Source: Rhizophagus irregularis
Lineage: Eukaryota
DNA: 64,000 nucleotides
Direction of reading: 5' to 3'
Assembly: GCF_026210795.1 (NCBI RefSeq)
Contig: NC_089433.1
Location: 2,356,001 to 2,420,000 of the forward strand
Part shown: piece after piece, positions 37,634-51,523 of the stretch
How the letters are laid out: every line of letters starts with the position of its first letter
How positions within the stretch are numbered: position 1 is the first letter of the stretch
Notes under the pieces: model-generated
Seen by the model: only the letters and a program-made list of their open reading frames with translations
Databases searched by the model: none
Told to the model about the DNA's origin: nothing
Program-made: the position numbers and the translations under genes

Positions 37634-38760
37634 AACTAGGAAACAGAAACCATTATAAGTCCAAAGCAAAAAATTTTGTACAAAAATTGTTGCTTATTTA
37701 TTTTTTTAAACACTTTCTTTTATACTTTTTAAGATTAAATAAACAAAATAAAAAAACAATTAAGTTTAAACTATATTTCTACAAAAAAAATAAAGTTAAA
37801 ACATTAGAAACATCTCTTTAATCAAATAAATAAAAAAACCTGCTCTTTCCAATTTACTTTAAAATAAGAAATAAAATATTAGAAACATTTCTTTTAAAGT
37901 TAAACAAATAAAAAAACCCTTCTTCTTTCCAATTTACCTTTAAAGTTCAGTATATACAAGAAATTTGAAATCCTAAAAAAGAAATAAAAATGAAATATTA
38001 AAACTTAAAAATGTTTCTTTAAAATCAAATAAATAATAAGAAAAGCATCTCTTCCTATTTGCCTTTAAAGTCTGATATATACAGAAACCAATGTTTTTTT
38101 TAAAAAAAAATAAAAAATAAAATATTAGAAATATTTTTCGCTTACTTATAAGATAGGTTACCCCAGGTCTAAGATAAAAATCATATATAAAATTCTTTGC
38201 AAATCCTACTATAAAAAAAAATTTATATTACATTGTTATGATTTTTTTACTTTTTAGCTAATTAACCAATAGAATTTAAGAAAAAAGTAAGGTAAAAACT
38301 ATTAGTAAAGGGTTAATTTTCTATAATAACCTTTATTTTAGTTTTAAAAAACCCTTTTCTTTTTAATTTACCTTTAAAATCCAGTATATACAAGAAATCT
38401 GAAAGTCTTAGAACATTAAAAATATTTTTTTAAAGTTAACAAATAAAAAATTTCTATTTTTCTTTAAAATCTAATATATATAAAAATTCAGCATCTTTAG
38501 AAAATAAAATTAAAAATGAAATGTTAGAAATATTATTTTTTTAAAATCAAATAAATAAAAAAAATCCTTTTCTTTATTTACTTTTAAAATTCAGTGTATA
38601 TAAAAAACTTGATGTTTTTTTTAAAAAAATAAAAAATCAATTAAAAAAAAAAATATATTTACTATTCCAGTTTGTTATAAAAAAAAATATTTTATTTAGT
38701 ATCATATATTAAAATTTATAAATATATATAGTCCTTCACTTTATTTCAGTTTCATTATTA
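37634..38760. mobile_element. Probable non-autonomous derivative of the Helentron/HLE2 element, with internal degenerate tandem repeats
   Basis: Left end AACTAGGAAACAGAAACCATTATAAGTCCAAAGCAAAAAATTTTG resembles 53739-53782; right end TATATAGTCCTTCACTTTA resembles 61671-61690. Confidence 0.65.
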
Positions 38761-39337
38761 TTAAAACTCTATTCTTCACTTTCACTACTATTTAACAAAA
38801 TATTTTTATTCAACTCATTTGTAAGTTTTTTCCATTTTGGCATTTCTTGTGGTATTTGTATTTTAATTACTAAAAATATATACTAATTTTAAGACACAAT
38901 CAGCTTTCAGCCAGTTTTGTTTTTTATCATGAATATATGCAAATACTGACCAATTTCTTTCAGATGTAGCAGATGATATTGGAATAAATAGAATTTTTTT
39001 TGCTATTTGAGTAAGTTCAGATGTAGAATAACTAAAATTTCTACACTACCAAGTTATAGAATCAACTTTACTGGCAGTTTTCTAAACAAGTGTATTCATA
39101 AAAACTCCATTTTTTTTCTTATAATTCAAGATTTGAATCCAAATAATTGCTGTATTATCTGAATAATACTTTTAGATAAATTGTGAAATTATATTTATTG
39201 AATGAGAAGTAAGGTGACATCCCCATAAAATGATGAATCAAGTAGATACGCAGCTTGTCAAGAGGGTGGTAAATACTTTTCCACCTTTTTTCAATAATAT
39301 TTTTAATATTATTTCCCATTATATCAAATACATAAAC

Positions 39338-42300
39338 TAGAGTTTGGAACCGGTTGTATTTTCAAAAACTGAATTTAAAACGGGTGCAACCAGTTTGACC
39401 CTTTTCAAACCGGTTTTTACAAAATCGGTTAAAACCGATTTGTGCATCTGGTTTATATTTATTGTGATAATTATATTGTGATAATTATGGTAAATAAATA
39501 CAAAGTTAATCACATTCTGATTTTATTTAATTAACTTATGAAATTATACTGCGATCTATATTTGAACCAGATTTGGAACAGGTTGCTACTAATTATTTCG
39601 CAATAAACTACATCATAATTAAATAGTTCTCATGAAAATAATTCATGAAAATAAATTCACACGGTATTTTAACTATTATATCAATTTGCATCCTAAAAAC
39701 TTAAACATTTTTTTTTTATTAATAGTTTAAAAAAAAAATGTAATCGTCATCTACATTTTCTGATTCTGAAACAATTGATGACACCAATTCCACAATATCT
39801 GATGGTGACACAATCACACAAAATCAACGCCAAACTGTATCAACCCGAAAAAACTGCAGCCATACATTATTTTTTTTTCGTATAGCAGGAGAATTTGCTT
39901 ATTGTAAAATTTGTGAATTAAATTATGTAAATACAAATAAACAAGTTTATGGCTATAGCTGGAAAAGTGGGAATACAACTAACCTAATAAACCATTTAAG
40001 GGATAAACATGAAATAACGAAGGATAATTATTTGGAATACCTGGATGAAAGTGAAGAGGTATTTTAATTTATAATTAAATCATATGATATATACAAAAAA
40101 ACTTATGGATTATATTAATTATCTTACAGCCATGTGTTGAACTCACAAATCTTAATTCATCACCATATTCTCCTAAATGACAAGAACTAATTACCAGAAA
40201 AGTTACTACTTTTATTGTCAAGAATGTCCAACCTTTATACATTCTACAAAACCAAGCATTTCAAGATCTTTTATTGACATGTGAGCCGAGTTATAAAATC
40301 TCTTGTGATAATTCTATTAAAAATCGCGCTTTATTCAGCATACACTTGGAGTAAAAAGCAACTTCAGTTCTTGTTAAAAAACACAGCAGTAGCAGTACAT
40401 TTAACAACTGATCTTTGGACATCCAAATCCCGGTATAGCTATATTTGTGTAACTGCAACATGGTTAACTTCAGATTTTGAATTCCAAAAAGCTTTATTGT
40501 CATGCAATCACCTTTCTTATCCTCATACTGGTGAGGTTATTTGTGACGAATTGTTTCAAATATTAGAAAATTGGGATTTAACTACAACAGCTTTTACAAT
40601 AGCCACTGACAATAGCATGAATATGGTAAAAGCTGTTCGTTTATTAAGAGAAAACTATCTTGAACAAATTCAACACCAATCTTGTGTTGTACATACTTTG
40701 CAACTTTCAGTAATAGAAGGTTTGAAGCAATGTAAAGCATTTCATCGTCGTATAAAAAGTTTACAGATCTTTTTTCGCTTACCTAAACAAGTAGAAAAAC
40801 TTCATGCAGCACGACAGAATCCTCAAACAAATTCATCTGAAAATGAATATGTGAATCTCAAGAATTTTGACAGATAGGCAAAACTCATGGACAATCAACT
40901 TATTTAACGTAGGAAGGCGATTCTTGAGTTTCTTGTAATTTTATGAGAAGTATATCTACAGATTTACTTTCAAAATCTGATTGAGCATCACAAAAAGAAG
41001 GTGAAAAATTGAAGCGATTATGTTTAACCCCAGATGAAAAAATGTAAATTTTCAGTTTGTTTATCTTTTCTATACAAATTTAAATTTTTATTAATGTTTA
41101 TACTTTTACAATAGATTTCTCTAACAAATGGTCATTACTTTAGAATTTTTTGAAACTATAACACGCAAAATTAGTGGTGCAAAATATCCAACATTAAGCC
41201 TTGTTGTTCCATATATGTATATACTTATATACTCAAAAATAACTTTGCACCTAATGAAAAAAATGAAACCTTGGAAATGTATCTTAATTTAGTTTATGGT
41301 TCAAATGGTGAAGAAGAGGATTCTGAAATGGTTAGTGATGATGAATATATTCTATCAGGTGGAATAAGACAACATTAGCAGTATTTACATCGTCAATTTA
41401 ATTATCAAAGACGTGGAAATACACAAAATCAAGGTCGAGGTCGTAGAAGGGGTGGAGCATCCACATCTCATCCAGTTGAACCAAATTTGGATGATATAAA
41501 TATTGTAGAATACTTGCAATCAGTGAATACAGAAGGCTTATTACAAAAAGTTCGTGTATTTATTTACTTATCTTTGGATGACTTTGGCGAGTCTTATCCA
41601 ATATTATGCTTGTTGCAACATTTCTGGATCCTCGTTTTAAAAACTTTGATTGGTGCAATGGCAATGATAAAGATGAAGCTAAAGAATTAGTTCAAGTATT
41701 ATATACGATGCAAAAAAAGAACATTTCACCTAGAGATAGTATTAATAGCATTATTACTAGTTCTTCAGATGATGATGATATTTTAAAGCATTAAAAACGG
41801 AAACAAATGTAAGAGATAATGATGAAGTTGTACTTTATTTGCAATAAAAACAAATCGATCAAGGTACGATCCATTAAAGCATGGGCGGCAAGTTAACGAA
41901 GTTACTTTATCAGTTTTATTTCCAAATTGCAAGAAAGTATTTATCCATTCCTGCAGCATCCATGCCTAGTGAGAGACTATTTTCGGATGCAGGCAACCAC
42001 ATTTCAGCTAGGCGAACTCGATTGTCTCCAGATTTAGTAGACAAAATGCTGTTCTTAAAGAAAAATAGTGATATTTTTGATATTTTTCCTCCATTAGATT
42101 AGTTCAATAGCTGTAATTTTGGTTTTTGTATATAAATTTAGCTTAATAAACGATATTGATTAATAAAAATACATTACATAAAATGATCAGCACTTAAAAA
42201 ATTTATTGTGCCAGAAAAAAGTATTATATTTTACAAAAAAAATAATACAATTATTTATTTATAATTTTTTTTTATTATTATTTTTTATAAATTTTATTTA

Positions 42301-42530
42301 ATTATATACATATAAAAATTTACTATCTAATATTCTATTTTATAAAATTGCGGAGTTAAATTTAAAATTGAGCATAAACTTTTATTAATATCAAACCGGT
42401 TTGGATATCCGGTTGCACCTGCTTTAAACGCAAACCAAATTTCAGAATATAAATCAGGTCAAACCGAATTGTCAAAAAATTGGTTGGAACCGAATTTTAA
42501 ACCAGTTGGTGCAACCGGTTCCAAACTCTA
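39338..42530 (+). mobile_element. hAT DNA transposon, full length, transposase inactivated
   Basis: Perfect 19-bp TIR TAGAGTTTGGAACCGGTTG; 8-bp TSD ACATAAAC (39330-39337 and 42531-42538); AACCG subterminal repeats. Confidence 0.95.
39738..42102 (+). pseudogene. hAT transposase with multiple stops and frameshifts
   Basis: [56 protein letters not shown]. Confidence 0.88.
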
Positions 42531-43135
42531 ACATAAACTTGAAAAAATTTAATTTTCATTAGTAATTAATTTTTAATTATATTCATTAAAGAAAAAACAA
42601 TATTTTAACTGATAATTCTAATTGATTGTAATACCAATCTACTACTTTAAATAAATAAGACGTATCTAATTCAAATATAGAAATTCCAATAATAAGTTCA
42701 TTAAAAACTTTGAGCAAATTATTAATATCTTTCTAAAATCTATCATCTAATACGATACTTTTTACATCATCATCAATTCTAATAGTTGATTACATAATAA
42801 TTCTGTTATTATTAATTTAATAGCAAACTGATTTAACTGAAGTAAATTAAGACAAATAACTGACAATTTCCATCATGTTTTTACAGGTAATTTAAGTAAA
42901 ATTTTCTTATCATAATTGGAATTTTAATATCATTTCAGAATTGCAACTGAAACTTGATGTGATTTGAAGTATTTAATAATTATCTTTCCTTTTTTCATAG
43001 TATTATTTCAAGAGAATTTCATAATATTACTAATTAGAAGATTTAAAAAATGAGCTACACAGTCAAAAAAAACTACTTTCAAATATTTGATAACTAAAAG
43101 TTTTTATGCTTTTTTCATTAAGGATGAGTTGTCAG

Positions 43136-43728
43136 TAGAGCTCCGAACAGGTTAGCCAAATTCAGGTAACCTGACCTGACCTGACCTGAAATTCAGGTCA
43201 GGTATGAAAATTGACCTGACCTGATTGACCTGTTGACCTGAAACTATTGATTCTACTATATAATAAAAGTGAGTTGCGATATTGGGATTCACTTTTTTAT
43301 ATGATTTTAATATAAAAATGTTGAATCACAATATTTTAAGAAAAACCGTTGCGAAAACGTTTTTTTCATAATATTATATTAAAAAAATGTTTCGTAACAT
43401 TTTTTTTTTGATATTTCAATAATAACGTTGTGAAAACATTTTTTTCATAATGTTATATAAAAAAAACGTTTTGCAATATTTTTTTTCAATATTTTAATAA
43501 AAAACGTTGCAAAAACATTTTTTTTTCATAATATTATATTTAAAAAAAAAAGTTTTGTACCGTTTTTTTTCAATACTTTAATAAAAATAGCCCTAAAATT
43601 TTTCAGGTTTAGGTCACATGTCAGGTAACAGACAACCCGATATAACCCGACCCGACTCCCGACCTGAAAATTTCATGGCAATGTGCTTATCAATTAACCT
43701 GACCCGATCTGACCCATTCAGAACTCTA
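43136..43728. mobile_element. hAT MITE
   Basis: TAGAGCTCCGAA...TTCAGAACTCTA; 8-bp TSD GTTGTCAG; ACCTG/ACCCG subterminal repeats. Confidence 0.9.
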
Positions 43729-45269
43729 GTTGTCAGTAATAATTGCTGCAAGTTTGAAATGGTCAATTTGTGATATAATATTATTAATATCAGCTGCAAT
43801 GTTTTTTTCTGTTTGTTTAATTTCGCCAGTTTAATGAACAGAGAAAAATACTGGTTTTGGTATGGTAATTATATAATTAGTTCAATGTTCCTGCATCATA
43901 TTTGACCTAGAAATATTACATTATAATAAATAATTACATTAATTAATAATTCTTTTATAAATAGCAGTTTAAAAGAAGTATTTACCATCCATCAGAAATT
44001 AAGCAAATATTTTTTGCTAAATTAATCAATTTATTTACTTCATCCTTTATATTATTATATACATTATTAAGTAATATTGTCAATAAAGCTTTCTGTAAAG
44101 GTAATTTAAAGTAAGAACAAAGTTTTTGAAAAAGGATTTTAATTAGTTTTAATTTAGATAATAATAAAAATAAACCACATCAGTAAACTACAATAATTCA
44201 CATTCATCTTGTTCTGCTAAAGATATTCTATTAATAAAATTATTTATTAATGGTTGTGATTGTGAAATAGATCTTTTAACAGTAACAATATCAATATTAT
44301 TTTATTCTGTTAGTAAATAAGAATTATTACGTTGCTTTATTTTTGATTGAAAATCTGGTCTAAAAAATCTTTGAAGAACTGTTATACTTGCACTTAAACA
44401 GGTTTTTAAATATGTAATGCATTTGTTAGTAGCAGCATTTACTTTATAATTACAGTATTTACATTGTGTCTGAGTTTACTGAAAACCAGCCACATGTTCA
44501 AGTTTATTAAATGAATCCAAATAGGACTAGCTGGAAGCATATTGAATAAAGAAAAAGATATTTTTGTGAAAGATCTAATATAATACAAACTCTATTTATA
44601 AATTCTATCCTCAGTAATTTATAATTTTGACCAGAATTAAGTTATAATTTTTACTAAAATCACAATATAATAAATTATCATAAAATTTATCATGCATATT
44701 ATGTGTATTATGCGCATCACATTATGCAACTTTACAGAAACTTTAAGTTTTCAAGTGATATTATTTTGATATTATTTTGATATTATTTTAATATCGATTT
44801 AATATCGATATGATATCAAAATAAAGTATTATCATTTTGATATTATTTCAATATTAAATCGATATTGAAATGAGATCAAAATGATAATAGAAATGACATC
44901 AAAACAACATCTAAAAAGTTTAATTTAAAGATGTCATTTTAATATCATTTTAACATATGGGCTGATTTGTCTTTTGTTTTTTTGTTTTTTTTATTTTTTA
45001 TTAGCGATAAATGTTAAAGATCAATACATATAGGAAGTCTAATGACTTATACATAGGAAGGCAGGCAATATGATGAACTAAAACGAAAACTATCCAACTA
45101 GTTTCTATATAAGTTCTATTTAATACCTACACTATAGTGTCATAATTCTTAATTTGGGAAAATGACCTATTTCCTTCACCCTAAAAACCTGACTAGGATA
45201 AAATTAGTTTTTTATTTATCGCACCAAGTAAAATGAAATAATAAATTTGTGAAATCTAAATTAATCTAA

Positions 45270-45707
45270 ACTAAATTAATTTACGCAAAACATCTATAAT
45301 TTCCACTAAGATCTTCGATCTCGATGCTTTACGGGACTTGTCTTTTTTATCCTTCTTGAATTTTTTATCAGACTTTGTCTTTTGTGGTTTCTTCTTAGAA
45401 TTCTTGAAAAATTCTGCTGTTTTTTACAGGGTCTGTTGGCTTATAACGGAAGTTCTTTAGTTCTTGTTGGTATTATTACCTTGTGACCTTGTTGGTTGCT
45501 TTGGAGGTACGTGTCGATTTCAAGACAGGTTCACTTGTTCCCAAGTATATTGATTATCTAATGCTGTTCGCATATCAACCCACTTTTCAAATAACCAATA
45601 AACTTACGATCCCCCTTACCATATAGCGACTTTGATTTCACTTACTTCAGACAAGTTAAGCATTGACTGATTTTCACAATTTTCGTTATTCAAAATTGTT
45701 TTGTAAT
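45270..45707 (-). pseudogene. Decayed Lys-rich ORF, possibly a non-LTR retrotransposon ORF1 fragment
   Basis: Minus-strand ..FEKWVDMRTALD..KKDKKDKSRKASRSKILVEIIDVLRKLI* with stops; A-rich tail on the minus strand at ~44970-45000. Confidence 0.3.
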
Positions 45708-46166
45708 TAGTGCTCCGAAACGAGTCGAGTTGACTCGCGAGTTGGTCGAGTTGAGTTGAGTCGAGTCGAGTTGAAAATTACAATCAAATCGAATCGATTC
45801 GAGCAGCGAATAATTTAATAAAATCGAAAATGAGCAAGTTGTTCGAATTAAACATAATTCCGGCCAAATTTATGGAATTTCCTTTTTTGGAAATTATGTT
45901 ACACAAAATCCGAGACGAAAAATTTTTGAAAATTACAAAAATGGAATTTTGTGGAATGGCTATCGCCAAAAAAAGGAAATGATCGGCATAGCCGAATTAA
46001 AATCACATGATTTAATTCGACTCGACTCGATTCGGTTTGACGGGCCAACTCGACTCGAATCGAGTCGAGTTTATATTTTTATAATTTTAAGCTGACTTGA
46101 CTTTCGATTTAACTCGAGTCGAATCGATTACATATACGGCTCGACTTTCACTCGTTCGGAGCTCTA
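45708..46166. mobile_element. hAT MITE
   Basis: TAGTGCTCCGAA...TTCGGAGCTCTA; 8-bp TSD TTTGTAAT; ACTCG/TCGAG subterminal repeats with CpGs largely intact. Confidence 0.9.
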
Positions 46167-46519
46167 TTTGTAATACCAAAAAATCATCTGATTGATGATC
46201 ACTTGACTAAATAATAAATTGAACAAAAATTTACATTTGCGAAACTTAAATTATTAAATGTAAAAGAGGTGTGAAAACACCCATTTCACTAATAAAAAAC
46301 CCATTTCTCATATACTGTATATGGAATTTTTAACATATATTATTAAAAAGTAAGTATATTTTAATAAAATATAAAGTAAAATAAAAATTTATATAGTCTT
46401 AGTAGCTATAAATGTTTATAAAAGTATAATAAAAATATCATATAAAAGATGGTATCATAATAGATATTTTCAAACAATAAAAATAATTATTTTATATCAG
46501 AATTTGTATTACCATCTTT

Positions 46520-46840
46520 AGACGCAAATATATCAAGATTCACTAATCCGTTTTCTATAATTTTAGGCTCGTTGGAAAGCCCTTGTTCTGGACTTTATAG
46601 GCGAAAAAAGAGCTCGCCGATTAAATCATTAGATCCAGAGATATTTACATTTAAAGTTGAGGTACGAACTTTTTAACATGCTTAAATGCAAATATCTTGG
46701 GATCCACTGATCTGTTTTTTATAAATTTAGGCTCTTCGGAAAGCCCTTGATCTGGTCTATATGAGCGAAAAAAGAGCTTGCCGATTGGATTATTAGATCT
46801 GGAGATATTTACGTTTAAAGTTGAGATACAAATTTTTAAT
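46520..46840. repeat. Two ~163-bp tandem units with a palindromic GGAAAGCCCTTG..CTGG core
   Basis: 46523-46680 resembles 46687-46840. Confidence 0.75.
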
Positions 46841-47279
46841 ATATATAGTAAGTGCTAAGAATTATATTAATTTAAAAGAAATATTTACCAACTTAAAGTA
46901 TAGTAACATTAAATAAAAGTTTTTTAATACTCACTCCCAATTTACTGTATATTATATAGTAATTTGTATAATAAAAATGTAATAAAATCAATATTTTAAT
47001 TAAAAGTAGATAAATCAGCCCATATGATTATCATTTTGATATTATTCAATATCAATTTAATATCGAAATGATATAGAAATGATAATACTTTATTTTGATA
47101 TTGTATTGATATTAAATTGATATTGAAATGATATCAAAATGATATCAAAATGATACCGTTAAAATAAACTTAACAATATCAATTCTATATTGATTAAAAA
47201 TGTTAAGTTTTTGTAAAGAATACATAATGTGTATGACATATTTCTAGTTATATGATACTATACTCAAGTATAGCAAAGT

Positions 47280-48050
47280 TTCATATTTGAATTATACCAA
47301 TTAGATAGTACAAAAACTGTATTTTGATTAATTTAAATCTTTATATTGGCTAATCAAAAAAATCTCTCATAATTTTATATACTAATGACAATAAGTAATC
47401 CATCAGTTATATAATGAATCTATTAACCGAGCTTAAATATTAATTGGCTTAATTTTTCTAATTAGCCAATATGTAATCTTGAAAACTCACCAATTCTTAT
47501 AGCAATAGAATCAGCTACAGATGTTTCAACATTATCATTTCAGACTACAACAACATTTCAATTCTTACAGAATTTTCATAATTTAAATTATGATGAAGTT
47601 ACTTATTAAAATATACCTCAGTATAATAGATTTGAAATTGCATTTTCAATTGCTAAAACTGCTATTAATATAGCATTAGAAATTAATAATTATCACAAGT
47701 TAATTCAAATATTAAAGAAATTTATTGCAATAAAACATAATCAAAATGCAGAAGGTGGTATTAATAATAATTATTTAAATAAAAATAATAGTATAGAAAA
47801 TTATAAATCTAATTAAAATGGTAGTAATATCATTTTATTACAAAGGAATTTAATTGAGCATATTAGTAATCCTAATGTAATAAAATTTGTAAAGCTTCTT
47901 CAAAAAAAAGAATAAAAAGTGCTATAGAAGTATCATCAAAAGGAAAAGTTCTGATACAAGCAATTAATGACAATCAAGTTGTAAGGTAACAATAAAAATG
48001 TTTGCTATATGATAAACCTACTAGTCACTATTAAAAGCAGTATCTAAATA
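47280..48050 (+). pseudogene. Relic of a MULE/FAR1-type transposase C-terminus
   Basis: FHI.IIPIR(W)Y; AFSIAKTAINIALE; ISNPNVIK..KRIKSAIEV; decayed CCHC knuckle near 48000. Confidence 0.5.
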
Positions 48051-49944
48051 CTAAAAATAATATAAATAAAATAATGGTATATATAAATTTTGTAATTCAT
48101 TTGATTATTATTGTAAGTGTATATTTATTGATTAAAAAATTCTTACTTGTATAATGGAGTTAAAGAAGAAGTTATTTTTTATTTTTTGGTTATATAATTT
48201 GAAGGCTAATTTACTAATAAATCTTCATTATCTTTTATTTGTTTATAATGATAATTGATAAGATATTTATTATTACATATTGTTTTTTATTTTTTTTTAT
48301 TTTTTATTATATTCAAAGGGAGCGGTACTTCTTATTTAAAGGAAAAATTTCACAAATCAAACCTATTTTAAATAATTTGCATCTTACCTGCCAGCAAATA
48401 TACCCCATGAGTGTAAATCTTATATTTAATTTTATTATGTAAATAATTTATTTTTGATATAATTATAAATCATGTGATAAAGTTATTTTTACTCCAAACG
48501 AGTATTAAAATCACCCTTTTTTGAAATATTTCTTATTTAAATATAAAAAAATTAACAGCTAATATAGCTAATAAGAATTTTTTTATAAATAAATAGTTTT
48601 TATTTTATTTTTATGCTAAATAAATTAAAATTTAATAAATTATAAGTATTAGCATTATTACAATAATAACAAAATTTAATATTAAAATTTAATTTAAATA
48701 AACAAAAAAACCATTATATCTAATTAGGTTTTCAATTAAAAAACAATTTATTAATACTAAGATAGATCTAATGATATTATTTTAATAAATAAAAAAAGAT
48801 TTATTAATGTTCTAATTAAAAAATTTTAACTAAATTTATAAATAACAAAATCTGGTTTAAGAATCACCTTTTTAAGCTTAATGAAAGTTATTTATTTTGC
48901 TAAATTATACCTAAAAATAAAATATTTGCTGGTTAAAAAAAGTTTCATTAGAAGTTTTATAGAAATAAAAAATTGTTTTTTTTATTATAAAAAGTAATTT
49001 TTTATATTTTATGTAAAACTATCTAATTAACTGCCTTTTTTAACTTAAAAAACTTTTTTTTTTGTAAAATTACATATATTTTTGCTATTTAAATTGTATT
49101 TTATACTTATTTTTAAAGTTCAATCAACAAGAAAACTGTATTTTTGAAACAAATAATCTTTTTTGTATATGTAAAAGAAAAAAAATATTACTAAAGTGGA
49201 AATGATGATAGAAATTTATAATACATACATACAGTATAACCAACTACACAAATTACTTAATTTGTATAAGCATTATATTATATTGATCAAAAACTAGGCA
49301 AACGTGACATAGTAGCCTTTATTTTTATTAAATTTATTCGAACATTACAAAGAAATAAACCAAATAAAACTAACTAAAAAACAAAGCTATATAGTCTCCT
49401 AAGAAAAAATAAAGTAAAAAATTAATCTAAAAAAGAAAAATCGCATTACATTAAATTTCCCCAGATCTTCCTCCTTGATATATTTCAACCAAAGTAGAAG
49501 CAACTATGCTAACAAAATAATGAATAGCATGCCCACTATAAAAATTGACACCATCCTGCAAAAGCTGTTATTAAGCAGCACCGTTAGATGATCCATAAAA
49601 CCCGAAAAGTGATTAAACCAAGGCAAACCATATTTCATTGAGTTCTTCAACCAATCGGTTCCAGAATCACGTGAATCGTATAGGGTCAAAGGTGGTAAAA
49701 ATGAGTAAGGTATGTATGTTGACATTAGCAAATTTGATGGCCTAAGGTAGTTTTCAACTTATAAGTGATATTTATCGCATTTTCCATCTACTTTTATCAT
49801 AAGAACGCGAATTTATACAGATTTCAAATTCGTCTTCTAAATTTTTGAACAAAGTTGTTGTGAATAGCAGCGACAACCTTCATCGCAGAATTTCTTGGAT
49901 GGCTAAATCGACAAATAAGTTAACAAAAAGTTTGGGTAAACAAC

Positions 49945-50111
49945 CACACGTCAAATGACCAAAAACAGGCAAAAAAAAGCTAGAATTGCATAAACTATTC
50001 GCAAATTTATATAAACTATTTACAAATAGTATAGATTAATTCGCAAATAGCCAAAAATAGCCACTGCTTTTCACACCATTTTTTTGCCAATTTTTAGCAT
50101 TTCGACCTGTG
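49945..50111. mobile_element. 167-bp CMC-type MITE (CACA ends)
   Basis: CACACGTCAAATG..GGCAAAAAAA / TTTTTTGCCAATTTTTAGCATTTCGACCTGTG; 3-bp TSD AAC; removal restores the LINE frame. Confidence 0.75.
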
Positions 50112-50415
50112 AACTATGGACAAGAGCATGGGAGAACCAGTTTGTAGAAGAAAAAAACCAGCATGAAAGAGAGGAAAGTTTAGTAATAAATGGGATAAAA
50201 TCAATATCAGCCAATTTTCTGGCTTCTTGAATTTTAGAAATCAAATAATTTTGATAAGATTGAAGGATTTGTTGTATAGGTAATCGACGTCTTTTGCACA
50301 TAAAAAGGTGCATCAAATCTTCCATGCGGTTGATACAAGAACAGCGTCCATGTATAAGTCTAGGCATGATCTTTTGAGTTTTTCCAAAGTGGGTAATTCA
50401 TCCAAGAAAAGTTTA

Positions 50416-51523
50416 CCCTATAAAAAGTATTATACTTATTATATATTTAAAATATATTTAAAATATATTTAATTTAAAAATTGCAAAATACTTAAAATAT
50501 ATTTTTAATATATCTAAAATATACTTAAAATTAGAAGTGCGCTCCGGATGAATCTGGTCAATCCGTCATCCAGATGATCACGTGACAGATCAATCCGGAT
50601 TAAAAAATCGGATCATCAGATTATCCGTGGATTGACCAGATTGATTATAATTCCGGCCGGAATTAAGTAATCGGCATGGAATTATCCTTTTTAGGGTATG
50701 AGTAACATTACACAAATCCAAAAAAAAGGCAATTTTGTTTCCCAGTAAAAATGAAATTTTGGGTTTCACAAGAATCCTAAAAAGGAAATTTTTTGCTGAT
50801 CATTTAATTTCAGCCGGAATTTATGATTAGGTATTTAACTTTTGTTACGTGATGCACGGGTATGTCGATTGTTTCCAATCTTGGCGATACCCGTTCCACA
50901 AAAAACCAGTTTTTCTAAATTTAGTTTCTGGTCGTGTAACATAAAATTTCCTAAAAAGGAATTTTTTTGTTGATCTCGTATAGGATTGATCGGATATCCG
51001 GTCGTAAATCCAAGTCTATTGACGGATTAAATCGATCAATCCGAATGCACCTATTAGACGGATTGATTAGGATGATCAGATGGCAGGATTCGAAGCCTGC
51101 CTCTACTTAAAATTATCTTAAAACATATGTCTAATATATTTAATTTTTGCCCATATACTTAAAATATATTTAAATTATATTTAAATTAAAATTTAAGTAT
51201 ATTATAAAACTATTATAAGTATATTTTTTATGTATTTAAAATATACTTAAAATATATTATGAATATATTATAAGTATATTTTAATTATGTAAAAAATATA
51301 TCTATAATATACTTAAATTTTGATTTAAGTATAATTTAAGTATATTTTAAGTATTTTGGCAAAAATTAAATATATTAGAAATATATTTTAAGATAATTTT
51401 AAATACATTTTAAGTATATTATAAGTATTTCGCAATTTTTAAATTAAATATATTTTAAGTATAATTTAAATATATTTTAAAAAGTTTTTAATTATATTTT
51501 AAATATAAATACTTTTTATAGGG
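50416..51523. mobile_element. CCC-ended (CMC-like) non-autonomous element
   Basis: TIR CCCTATAAAAAGTATT/AATACTTTTTATAGGG; 3-bp TSD TTA; removal restores FKFKLFLDE. Confidence 0.85.
50532..51105. mobile_element. hAT MITE nested in the 50416-51523 element
   Basis: TAGA...TCTA imperfect TIR; 8-bp TSD CTTAAAAT; ATCCG subterminal motifs. Confidence 0.88.

Larger units (their letters stand above)
38868..44540 (-). pseudogene. Old, highly decayed hAT transposase (DUF659-like clade), split by two younger hAT insertions
   Basis: Minus-strand KILFIPISSATSERNWSVFAYIHDKKQNWL at ~38900-39000; BED-like SPIWIH...QCKYC at ~44450-44530. Confidence 0.65.
44700..47240. repeat. Pair of ~250-bp inverted repeats (44700-44971 and 47009-47240) bracketing ~2 kb of mixed TE fragments
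   Basis: CATATGGGCTGATTTGTC versus GATAAATCAGCCCATATG; shared GATATCAAAAT arrays; outer ACATTATG..TTTACAGAAACTT versus its reverse complement. Confidence 0.6.
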
